Source: Candidatus Woesearchaeota archaeon
Lineage (GTDB): Archaea; Nanobdellota; Nanobdellia; Pacearchaeales; GW2011-AR1
Length of the DNA stretch: 64,000 nucleotides
Assembly: GCA_964534185.1 (NCBI GenBank)
Contig: CAZHOH010000002.1
Span: forward strand, 10,558-74,557
Direction: 5' to 3'
Below are positions 25,657 to 33,693 of the stretch, one piece after another (within the stretch, counting starts at the first letter, position 1; each line of letters begins with the position of its first letter). A program made the translations under genes and the position numbers. The notes beneath the pieces are model-generated. The model searched no databases, was not told the origin of the DNA, and saw only the letters and a program-made list of their open reading frames with translations.

Positions 25657-26646
25657 TCAATCGTCGATGCGGCTCAATAGGTCTGATTTGAGCGCGTCGG
25701 GCAATGCCTTCAAAATAAGCAGCCATTCCTCTGTGTTTTTGACGGGATGAAGAGTGAATATCTCGTTGGCCCTTGAAATGGCTTGATTTGCGACCCCGGG
25801 GCCTACGCGACCCTCAGCCACGTCGTAATGGAGCCTTTTCTCGTCCTCGTAATAGCAGACTCTCTCGGATAAAGGTTTGGTTTTTCGAGCCTCAAATCTA
25901 GCCTTTCTCAGATATATACCGAAGAACAACTCGCTGCTAGTAATCGTATTGTCACGCATGACGAGAGGGAATGTGTTGCCTGGGATCTCATTCAGGACGA
26001 GAGATACAGCCCTGCGTGATAGCCACCAGAAATGGCCCTGAAGAGAATGCAGGCAACCTATGTTAGGAACGTCTCTATGGTTCCTCTGCCATTGCTCCGA
26101 TGCATTGTCGTACCTCTTTCTGATCAGTTTGGGCAGGTAGCGCACCAGTAAGCCTGACACGTCATACGGGGCAGCATCATGGCGCAAGATCAGGGTGTCC
26201 GGGTCTACGACGGCCAGAAAATCCGAGTCGCCCTGATTGATGAATTTACGAAAAATGTCCCTGTACGAGGAGAAGAGGTGATGCCTGTTGTCTCCGGCAA
26301 AGACGCTCAGCGGTAGTCCTACGTCGGGCAGTTTCCTTTCGCGACGCTGGCATATCCATACATTACCAACGTTTTGAAAGGCGGTAACGGCGAGCCTGAG
26401 GCATCTGTGGATGACCTCGTCCGGCTCGTCATAGACCAAAGCAGCCACGTCTATCTTCATTTTTCTTCTAGGGGCGCCTCCCGTCGCAAGCACCGAACCG
26501 ATCCCCTCGACCTCAACCTGCTTGGCCTTGGCCTTGGCCTTGGCCTTGGCTTTGGCCGGAGGATTGAGCGAGAAGCCCCAGCACCTCTCAGATCCGTAGG
26601 AGCAACCTCGTCCCCCGGGGGACGAGGTTTTTCTTTGTCGAGCCAT
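25657..26646 (-). CDS. GT-A-like glycosyltransferase carrying the shared 31-aa N-terminal module and an (AK)n linker
   Basis: MARQRKTSSPGGRGCSYGSERCWGFSLNPPA + AKAKAKAKAKAK + a body with FLAVVDPD (DxD-like). TAGGAGG RBS. Confidence 0.65.
   Translation of the reverse strand: MARQRKTSSPGGRGCSYGSERCWGFSLNPPAKAKAKAKAKAKQVEVEGIGSVLATGGAPRRKMKIDVAALVYDEPDEVIHRCLRLAVTAFQNVGNVWICQRRERKLPDVGLPLSVFAGDNRHHLFSSYRDIFRKFINQGDSDFLAVVDPDTLILRHDAAPYDVSGLLVRYLPKLIRKRYDNASEQWQRNHRDVPNIGCLHSLQGHFWWLSRRAVSLVLNEIPGNTFPLVMRDNTITSSELFFGIYLRKARFEARKTKPLSERVCYYEDEKRLHYDVAEGRVGPGVANQAISRANEIFTLHPVKNTEEWLLILKALPDALKSDLLSRIDD
26521..26556 (-). repeat. hexanucleotide microsatellite (GCCAAG)x6 in frame, encoding (AK)6
   Basis: Plus strand reads cttggc x5 then tttggc. 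Confidence 0.9.
26604..26629. repeat. 26-nt perfect palindrome AACCTCGTCCCCCGGGGGACGAGGTT (copy A)
   Basis: Read directly. Identical copies are at 28763-28788 and 49612-49637. It covers roughly codons 6-14 of the shared N-terminal module. Confidence 0.9.
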
Positions 26647-26701
26647 GTTGCCTCCTACCAGCCTGTTGGGATGCCGAGAGAAAAATCCCTTCCAGGAGAT
26701 G

Positions 26702-26731
26702 TTACATTCAACTTCAAGTGGCCCGTATAAT
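26702..26731 (+). promoter_or_regulatory. candidate promoter giving a leaderless methyltransferase mRNA
   Basis: TTACAT (26702-26707), 18 nt spacer, TATAAT (26726-26731). The ATG at 26738 is 7 nt after the -10 box, and no RBS lies between. Confidence 0.4.
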
Positions 26732-26737
26732 TACGGA

Positions 26738-27880
26738 ATGAACATCGTATCGCTGTTTACGGGAGCCATGGGGCTAGATCTGGGGCTAGAGGCCGCGGGC
26801 TTCCAGGCCGAGGTATGCGCCGACACCGACCGGTTCTGCCGCGAGACCATCGCCGCCAACAAGCCAGAGTCCAGGATCCTCGATGACGTCGCCAAGGTAA
26901 CGATAGACACGGCGCCGCGAAACCCCTGCATAGTGGCAGGGGGGCCTCCCTGCCAGTCATGGTCGACGGCCGGCAGGCGCAAGGGGTTCGACGACCCCCG
27001 GGGGGAACAAGTCCTAGAGTTTGGGCGGGTGGTTGCCGACTTGCGGCCCCGCTTTTTCGTGATGGAGAACGTGCGCGGACTCACCTCCATGCTGACCGGC
27101 GACAACCGCTTGGCCATAAACGTCATAGAGGAAGAGTTCGAGTCCATCGGCTACAAGGTGGTCCGCGGCGTGCTGAACGCGGTCGACTATGGAACCCCAC
27201 AGTTTCGGGACAGACTCATCATGATCGGATCCCGCGACGGCGAAGACATCTTCCTGCCATTGCCCACGCACTTCCAGAAACACCAGGAAGAAAGCATGAG
27301 GTGGGTGACTCTTGGCAAAGCCCTCCAGGGCATAGCCATAGATTCCCCGGGGGACTTCCAGGAATTCTCGCCCCGGCGCAAATCATGGCTGGAGAAGATC
27401 CCCCCGGGGGGGAATTGGAAGAGCCTGTCGGAGCAAGACCAGAGGAAGGCCATGGGAGAGGCCTACAACTCTGGGGGAGGCAAGACAGGCTTCTTCCGCC
27501 GGTTGTCCTACGACGAGCCCTCCCCGACGCTGGTGACCTCGCCGACGCAGAAATCCACGATTTTGTGCCACCCGGAGAAAACCCGCCCCCTAAGCACGCT
27601 GGAATACGCGCGGATACAGGACTTCCCCCGGGGGTGGAGCATACGGGGGAACACAACGGAAGTCTACAGGCAGATAGGGAACGCCGTCCCCGTCAGGCTT
27701 GGGCGCGCAATCGGGCAGGCGTTGCTCTCGACCATGAGCAAAAGCCACGTGGTAAAGGCCTCCCGCGTGCGCAAAGACGCCAGCGAGGAAGAAAGGACGC
27801 CAGTCCGCCCGCGCAAGAGAGCGGAGGAAGAAGAGCTCACCAAAGCAGGCATGGAGGCCTGGGGGATGCAAGATGTTTGA
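26738..27880 (+). CDS. DNA (cytosine-5)-methyltransferase
   Basis: SLFTGAMGLDLG (I), GGPPCQSWS (IV), FFVMENVRG (VI), QFRDRLIMIG (VIII), YRQIGNAVPV (X). Start reset to ATG 26738. Confidence 0.92.
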   Translation: MNIVSLFTGAMGLDLGLEAAGFQAEVCADTDRFCRETIAANKPESRILDDVAKVTIDTAPRNPCIVAGGPPCQSWSTAGRRKGFDDPRGEQVLEFGRVVADLRPRFFVMENVRGLTSMLTGDNRLAINVIEEEFESIGYKVVRGVLNAVDYGTPQFRDRLIMIGSRDGEDIFLPLPTHFQKHQEESMRWVTLGKALQGIAIDSPGDFQEFSPRRKSWLEKIPPGGNWKSLSEQDQRKAMGEAYNSGGGKTGFFRRLSYDEPSPTLVTSPTQKSTILCHPEKTRPLSTLEYARIQDFPRGWSIRGNTTEVYRQIGNAVPVRLGRAIGQALLSTMSKSHVVKASRVRKDASEEERTPVRPRKRAEEEELTKAGMEAWGMQDV

Positions 27881-28658
27881 CGATTTGAACGTAACCACCG
27901 AAGTAAAAAAGGCGTGGGTTAACCGATTCAAAGCATTTGAACACGGAACTGCCTACCTTCTTCCATACAAGGTCAAACAGATCCGCAAAGTAGTTGTTCG
28001 CGCCGTGGAACCAGAATACGAACTTGAAATGTCATCCGGTAACAAGGTTATAGCCGACCTAAAAAACCAACTGACGCCTTTCTTCTCGGTCAACAGCCAG
28101 CTAGACGCAATGCTCAGGCTTCCTGAGGAAACGTTGCGCGCAATCAAGGAGGCCGGACTGATCGGCAAGGGCATGGCCCGAAGGGACATGGTGCACCCTG
28201 GATTCTCGCGGCTGGAGGACGCCGTCTCCATCAACGTCAAGACCATAGTCAAGTATCCCCGGGATACTGCCCTGATAATCGTGGTGTCCTGGAACAAGCC
28301 TTGGAAAGGCAGAATGGCCAATGATCCCGTCAACTCAATCTACGCAACTACGGTCGGCAAGGTCAGGGACCTTGTTGCGGACCGGCCTCTTGTTCACTGT
28401 TACAAGAGACGTTTGCCCGTAAAGGACGGGGTCGAAGTATACCCGAGCACCGTGGAAGAGCTCTGTTACTCGCCGATCAATGACGAGAATGGAGAAAGAA
28501 ACTCAGCGGCATCGGCCATTCTGGACATCAATGACTTCAAAAGGATCGCGACCTTCGACCCCGATTGGCTTGAAGAAACAAAACGTGTTGGCGAACGCTT
28601 GCACGAACAAGCCCTTCAGGACAAGAAAAAAGAACTAACCGACTTCCTGGGCTTCTGA
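27873..28658 (+). CDS. hypothetical protein translationally coupled to the methyltransferase (261 aa)
   Basis: The ATG at 27873 overlaps the MTase stop by 8 nt. No catalytic motif recognised. Confidence 0.6.
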   Translation: MFDDLNVTTEVKKAWVNRFKAFEHGTAYLLPYKVKQIRKVVVRAVEPEYELEMSSGNKVIADLKNQLTPFFSVNSQLDAMLRLPEETLRAIKEAGLIGKGMARRDMVHPGFSRLEDAVSINVKTIVKYPRDTALIIVVSWNKPWKGRMANDPVNSIYATTVGKVRDLVADRPLVHCYKRRLPVKDGVEVYPSTVEELCYSPINDENGERNSAASAILDINDFKRIATFDPDWLEETKRVGERLHEQALQDKKKELTDFLGF

Positions 28659-28745
28659 TGTTAAAACGAGCCCCCTCCACGTCCCCCCGGGGCGCCAGGG
28701 AAGGAATTTTTCTCTCGGCATCCCAACAGGCTGGTAGGAGGCAAC

Positions 28746-31127
28746 ATGGCTCGACAAAGAAAAACCTCGTCCCCCGGGGGACGAGGTTGTTCCTACGGAT
28801 CCAAGAGGTGCTGGGGCTTCTCGCTCAATCCTCCGGCCGCGGCCCCACGTCAGGCCAAGGTCGAGGCCAAGGTCAAGGCCAAGGTCAAGGCCAAGAACAA
28901 GGAGGAAGAGACGGTCATCGAACTAGCCTCATTGAACCCGGACGTCGTCTACTCGACCCAAGGCGGCGGGTTCGGCGACCACTGGCTCCTCTGCGGCGCT
29001 CTCCTACAGGCAAGTGAACTGCATGGCAAGCCATTCAGGCTGCGCCGGGGCAAGACGAGGGGTGAACCAAGGCCTTTCGCCGTGGACTACCAGGAGTACT
29101 TCGACACGCAAGGAGAGATCGTCGAGTCGGACAGCGAAGCCAAAGTCGTATTCTTCTCCAGGGATGGCGGCAAGAACGACCTCGAAAGGCTCATGAAAGA
29201 CGGGTATGACAATCCTGTCCCGGAGCGCATCATCCCCTGGAACTACCTTTTCGAGGTTCCCCTTGCCAAGACAAGAAAAACACACCTTGGATTGCGCTCC
29301 AGGGTCATCGCCTATCAGTTCAGGGCCAGATCCAGAAAGGACATCAAGGAATGCGCCCCCGGGGAGGAGGATCGCTTCCTGGAGGAGGCGGCGCTCGCCG
29401 GCTATAGAACGATCGAGGTAGGGAAGCATGTCCCCTTGGATAGATGTTTGGAAGTTCTGTCATGGTGCGAGTTCTACGTCGGCATAGACACAGGACCTAC
29501 CCACCTCGCGCTCAACGTCGGCGCGCCGACGTGGGTCGTCCGCAACGGCGCCGACCTTGACTTTACATACAAGCATAGGAACATCACCGCGCTTCCGCGC
29601 CTCGGGGACGCAGGCTCTCTCCTGACGGCCTGCCAGCCACAAAAGAAAGCCTCCTTCCTCGTCCCCTGCAAGAACCGCTTGGAGTTTGCCAAGCAGACTC
29701 TCCCTCTGCTGGATTTCTTCGTGGGACAGGGGCACGAGGTCATATTCGTGGACTACGATTGCCCGCAACGATCAGGGGAGTGGGTCAAGAGCAACCATCC
29801 CGGCGTGACGGTCATCGAGGTAAAGGACAAGAAAAAGTATAACGCTGGAGAGGCTCGCAACCTAGCGGCCGCGGCGGCTAGGAACGACTGGCTTTGCTGG
29901 ATGGACTGCGACATAAAAGTCCATCCGAACTTCCTGGCCGAGCTGTGCCGCCTGGAAAAAGGCCAGTTCCTGTTCTTCGCCAAGAACGACCTCGTCCCCC
30001 GCAGGGGGATGGGTGGCTTGATGGCATGCTCCCGAGACGCGTATTACGAAGCAGGAGGCTACAGCAGTTACTACGACGAGTACGGCGGCAAAGACATAGA
30101 GTTCAAGTACAGGCTCTTCCAGAACGGAGAGGAGCCGCTGCAAGTCAACCCGCTCTGCGTCGAGCACGTCCCGCACCCTGATCATCTAAGGGTTCAGTTC
30201 TACGACAAGAAGAACCGACGGCTCGCGATCAAGGACAGCAACGCGGCGCTCAAGCAACGCATGCGGCACTTCGCAAAGAGAAACGAGCCACCCCCGTGGC
30301 AATTGAACTATGACAAGGCCGAGTACTCTCAGTTCTTCAACAAGGTCATCGTCAAACAACTTAGCCTTCATGTCACCGACCATTGCAACTTCAACTGCAT
30401 CGGGTGCAACCACGCTTCCCCATACTACGAGCCGAACAATCTCGACCCGGTATGCTTCTCGGAGCCGCTCCAGAAACTGGGGGAATTCTGCTACGCCAAG
30501 GAAATACACCTAGTTGGAGGAGAACCCTTCCTGCACCCTGACCTGTACGGATTCATCCGCTCCATCAAGGAGAGCAACAAGGTAAGCGACTTCATTCGCC
30601 TCTATACAAACGGCTTCTGGCTGTCAGAGCGCGGCCTGCTGCGTCACGCGCCAGTCCTCGACCAAATAGATGCGCTTCATGTCAGCATGCACCCCGAGTC
30701 CCCCGGGGGCGAGGTTGTTGAACAGATGCTGAGAACGATCAAGAAGAAACATCACATAGTGGCCCAGAAACACCGTAACGACAGGTTTTACAAGGTCGGG
30801 TTTCGAGAATCCCCCGCTGGGAGAGGATCCTGTCCCGTCAAGAAGTGCATGCACCTGTTGCCTGACGGAAGACTGGTCAAATGTGCCGTCGCGGGCTACT
30901 ACGCCCCGAAAAGCGAGGATGTTACGAAAGGCTTCATGGACCATTCCGGATCCGCTTTCTACGATGTGTCCCAGGGAAATTGCGAAAGCTTTGCCAAGTG
31001 GTATAATGGCATGGCTCAGTGCTGCAGGTTCTGTGGCTACGCGGAAGACTCCATACCATACGTGGGCAGAGTTGCAGGAGTTGGTCATGTCAAGAATCAG
31101 CGGAACAAAAGAGTGGGCGACGGATAG
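28746..31127 (+). CDS. multidomain protein: shared N-terminal module + GT9-like + GT2 + radical SAM (SPASM/twitch-like Cys tail)
   Basis: MARQRKTSSPGGRGCSYGSKRCWGFSLNPPA. GGGFGDHW...VGIDTGPTHLALNVGAP (GT9/heptosyltransferase-like). FLVPCKN...WMDCD (GT2 DxD). HCNFNCIGC (CxxxCxxC). C-terminal CPVKKC...C...CCRFCGY. Confidence 0.8.
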   Translation: MARQRKTSSPGGRGCSYGSKRCWGFSLNPPAAAPRQAKVEAKVKAKVKAKNKEEETVIELASLNPDVVYSTQGGGFGDHWLLCGALLQASELHGKPFRLRRGKTRGEPRPFAVDYQEYFDTQGEIVESDSEAKVVFFSRDGGKNDLERLMKDGYDNPVPERIIPWNYLFEVPLAKTRKTHLGLRSRVIAYQFRARSRKDIKECAPGEEDRFLEEAALAGYRTIEVGKHVPLDRCLEVLSWCEFYVGIDTGPTHLALNVGAPTWVVRNGADLDFTYKHRNITALPRLGDAGSLLTACQPQKKASFLVPCKNRLEFAKQTLPLLDFFVGQGHEVIFVDYDCPQRSGEWVKSNHPGVTVIEVKDKKKYNAGEARNLAAAAARNDWLCWMDCDIKVHPNFLAELCRLEKGQFLFFAKNDLVPRRGMGGLMACSRDAYYEAGGYSSYYDEYGGKDIEFKYRLFQNGEEPLQVNPLCVEHVPHPDHLRVQFYDKKNRRLAIKDSNAALKQRMRHFAKRNEPPPWQLNYDKAEYSQFFNKVIVKQLSLHVTDHCNFNCIGCNHASPYYEPNNLDPVCFSEPLQKLGEFCYAKEIHLVGGEPFLHPDLYGFIRSIKESNKVSDFIRLYTNGFWLSERGLLRHAPVLDQIDALHVSMHPESPGGEVVEQMLRTIKKKHHIVAQKHRNDRFYKVGFRESPAGRGSCPVKKCMHLLPDGRLVKCAVAGYYAPKSEDVTKGFMDHSGSAFYDVSQGNCESFAKWYNGMAQCCRFCGYAEDSIPYVGRVAGVGHVKNQRNKRVGDG
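28854..28901 (+). repeat. 12-nt in-frame tandem repeat (GCCAAGGTCRAG)x4 encoding AKVE/AKVK
   Basis: gccaaggtcgag gccaaggtcaag gccaaggtcaag gccaagaacaag. Confidence 0.85.
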
Positions 31128-31881
31128 CGTCAACTGCTGCCTTGGCTGCAGCCACAACTGCAGGTACTGCTACGCCCGGGCCAACGCGATGCGCTTCGGC
31201 AAAATATCATCCCCCGGGGAATGGTCCGATGAACAGGTCAATGACAAGGCCCTCGAGAAGAAGTTCGGGAAGAAGGCCGCGGGGCGACGGTTCATGTTCC
31301 CGACCACCCACGACATTACTCCCACGAACGTCGACGCCTGTCTGAAACTGCTGAAGAACGTCCTCTCCCCCGGGAACGAGGTTCTGATCGTCAGCAAGCC
31401 CCACCTCGAGTGCATCTCGCGCCTGACCGACGAGCTGGTCCAGTTTAAGGGACAGTGCATGTTCCGGTTCACAATCGGGGCCTCTGACGACGACATCCTG
31501 TCGTTTTGGGAGCCAGGCGCCCCTGGATTCAAAGAGAGGTTGGATTCTCTGCGTCTCGCTCGCGACCGCGGGTGGCAGACCTCAGTCAGCGCAGAACCCA
31601 TGCTTGACGCGGACAATGCCTACGATCTCTTCCATGCCCTGGAGCCATGGGTCACCGACAGCATCTGGATTGGCAAGATGAACCGCATCACCCTTCGTGT
31701 CATCGACAATGATGACCCCCTGGTCTCGAGGCACGTCGCGAAGATAGAGGCGGGCCAGACTGACGAGCGGGTGAGGCAGATTTACGAGATGCTGAGGAAC
31801 GAGCCGAAGGTCAGGTGGAAGGAGTCGTACAAGAAGGTCACTGGGATCGAACTATCCCAAGAGGCCGGACTTGACATTTGA
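31087..31881 (+). CDS. radical SAM protein, SplB / DNA-photolyase-like (COG1533-type)
   Basis: CCLGCSHNCRYCYARAN cluster near the N-terminus. Start reset to ATG 31087 (AGGAG RBS), overlapping the upstream gene by 41 nt. Confidence 0.75.
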   Translation: MSRISGTKEWATDSVNCCLGCSHNCRYCYARANAMRFGKISSPGEWSDEQVNDKALEKKFGKKAAGRRFMFPTTHDITPTNVDACLKLLKNVLSPGNEVLIVSKPHLECISRLTDELVQFKGQCMFRFTIGASDDDILSFWEPGAPGFKERLDSLRLARDRGWQTSVSAEPMLDADNAYDLFHALEPWVTDSIWIGKMNRITLRVIDNDDPLVSRHVAKIEAGQTDERVRQIYEMLRNEPKVRWKESYKKVTGIELSQEAGLDI

Positions 31882-32133
31882 GCCAATCCTGTTGCATTTT
31901 GCAACCTCTCGCAAGGATTGTGCGTGAACTAGGTTGTGCGCCGCTCCCGTCGCTGGAGGCAAAACCTGTTCCATCGTTGTGACACAAACCGAGTAAACCA
32001 TAGCCGGTTCCACGGGTGTAGGCACTACGTAGGGCGCAGGTTTCGTTGTCACGAAGTTAAGGATCTCGCGATTCCAGTTTTCAGTGAAGTTGGATAGATT
32101 CACACAGATATCAGGTGGCACGGTCTCTGGATG

Positions 32134-32475
32134 TTACGCAGCGCCCAAGTTCAGTTCTGACATGACGCTTGAAAGCTCATTTACTGAACCTGGCTTCTTG
32201 AGGGTATGGCCTGACCGACGGATGTCCGACCATAGAACAACGGTCGCGGAAATGCCATCAAGCTGTTGCTTGATCTCGTCTTCCTCCATGGAGACCGAGA
32301 GGTCGGCGAGAACCAATTGGTAGTCCTTCAGTTGTAGGCGCCTTCGTACCTCGTAGACATTTGACGCAGTGTCGATTACTGCGTTCAGGAGGTTCTCGGA
32401 AAGAATGCTTTGAATTTCCTTGGCATAAACCTTATTTGTATCAACTACCAGAATCATGGTCGGTCTGCCCATCAC
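32134..32475 (-). CDS. stand-alone response-regulator receiver (CheY-like) domain protein
   Basis: MILVVDTN...YQLVLADLSV...VVLWSD fits the REC beta1/beta3/beta4 pattern. Confidence 0.65.
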   Translation of the reverse strand: MMGRPTMILVVDTNKVYAKEIQSILSENLLNAVIDTASNVYEVRRRLQLKDYQLVLADLSVSMEEDEIKQQLDGISATVVLWSDIRRSGHTLKKPGSVNELSSVMSELNLGAA

Positions 32476-33061
32476 GGAAACTCCCTTCCCTCGACAGGAT
32501 TCGCGTCTCTAAGGTATGCGCATTCGTCTCTGATCTTTCTCTTCGGTCTTCCCTGTATTCTTTCCTTGTGAGGAAGTCCTTGCCAAATCCGACTAGGGTT
32601 TCTCGCGCATCGGCAAGATCCTCGCGCATCTTCTCCACTGTCTTGCCTATCGCGCACAGATCCCACTCTAGTCGCTCGATTACCTTGACGCTGACGGCCC
32701 CCTGCTCCTTGACCTTGGACAACTCGTCCTTCAGGCTGTTTATGGCATCGCTCAGGGAAGCACTGGTATGGTCTAGAACCTCCATTCTCTTCATGTAGAC
32801 TTCGATTTCGATGACCTTATCGAAAACTCGCCCGAACTTCTGGGCCTTCTCCTCGATGATCGATACCTTCCCCTGTAGGCGCGGCAGTTCGCCGAGTTGC
32901 TTCTCCATGTTGCCCCAGCGTTTCTCGTCGCTGTTGCGAATGATCTTGATCAGCAACATGAACATGCCGCTGATGACGCCAACGGCGGCCAGAACCGTGG
33001 TCAGGTCCAGCGGGATTGTTACGTTCGCGTTTGCAAGCATTGGGTTCTCCCGGAGGTTCAC
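32441..33061 (-). CDS. membrane-anchored coiled-coil protein
   Basis: One N-terminal TM helix (LTTVLAAVGVISGMFMLLIKII) followed by heptad-like sequence. Confidence 0.55.
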   Translation of the reverse strand: MNLRENPMLANANVTIPLDLTTVLAAVGVISGMFMLLIKIIRNSDEKRWGNMEKQLGELPRLQGKVSIIEEKAQKFGRVFDKVIEIEVYMKRMEVLDHTSASLSDAINSLKDELSKVKEQGAVSVKVIERLEWDLCAIGKTVEKMREDLADARETLVGFGKDFLTRKEYREDRRERSETNAHTLETRILSREGSFRDGQTDHDSGS

Positions 33062-33693
33062 CCGTATCTTCTATTCAAAGCAATGGTGTTCCTGTTGCCC
33101 TTACAATTCATCAATACCCATGAGCGAGCCGTCTCTACAATTCCAGCAATGTCCCTAATTCTTTTTAAGGCGTCGTCAAGTTCATCGTCGTCATCAATCC
33201 CGTTGAATGGGGAGACCTTGATCACCCTCTCCGCCGATACCCCGCTGGCCTCCATCTTGCGCTCTGTATTTGGGTGACCAACAGGAAGGTCGTCCACCAA
33301 GACGCCCTTCTCGAAGCGCGGAACAACGTCGTACCTGTCCCGGCCAATGACGTCCTTGAACCAGCCATGGATTCCCATGGCTTCCATCGGATCTTTTTGG
33401 CCACTAGACGTTCCCATGGTCAGGCAATAGACGTCAGGGGTCATCGTCTTCACCGCCTCGACGAAAGCGGCGGCACCGGGGCGCATTGACACGAGGTGTC
33501 GGAATCCACCTCGCTCAAATATGGAAAAAGGAACGTTGCAGTCCCTCTCCACCTCTCTTCTTAGTTCCTCTTCGTTCATGTTGAGGACATGCAGGCCCCC
33601 TAGGCCCGTCCTCCGGAACAACGGGTGAGACTTGCAGTATGACTGCAGTATCAGAGTATGGTCAAGATCTATGAACACACCTAAGTCAGACAT
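33058..33693 (-). CDS. HAD-superfamily phosphatase, FCP1/NIF-like
   Basis: VFIDLDHTLI (DxDxT) then MRPGAAAFV. Start reset to ATG 33693. Confidence 0.65.
   Translation of the reverse strand: MSDLGVFIDLDHTLILQSYCKSHPLFRRTGLGGLHVLNMNEEELRREVERDCNVPFSIFERGGFRHLVSMRPGAAAFVEAVKTMTPDVYCLTMGTSSGQKDPMEAMGIHGWFKDVIGRDRYDVVPRFEKGVLVDDLPVGHPNTERKMEASGVSAERVIKVSPFNGIDDDDELDDALKRIRDIAGIVETARSWVLMNCKGNRNTIALNRRYG

Noticed and set aside
26521-26556. Short tandem repeats considered as a possible CRISPR array
   Set aside because: Units are 6-12 nt, contiguous with no spacers, and in frame inside coding sequence. I saw no cas genes.
26604-26629. Reading the leader hairpin simply as the terminator of a neighbouring gene
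   Set aside because: The U-tract is on the strand antisense to the gene that contains it, and in copy A no plus-strand gene lies upstream to terminate. It is kept as an unexplained conserved structure.
27873-28658. Idea that the MTase-coupled 261-aa protein is a TET/JBP dioxygenase or the cognate restriction endonuclease
   Set aside because: I found no HxD...H 2OG-Fe(II) motif and no convincing PD-(D/E)xK motif by eye. It is left as hypothetical and needs profile or structure searches.
28746-28838. Shared leader as a sulfatase-type (C/S)xPxR formylglycine site for the fused radical SAM/SPASM domain
   Set aside because: The closest match, SSPGGR, has one extra residue (SxPxxR), so it does not fit the canonical motif. 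It is mentioned only as a weak possibility within the leader finding.
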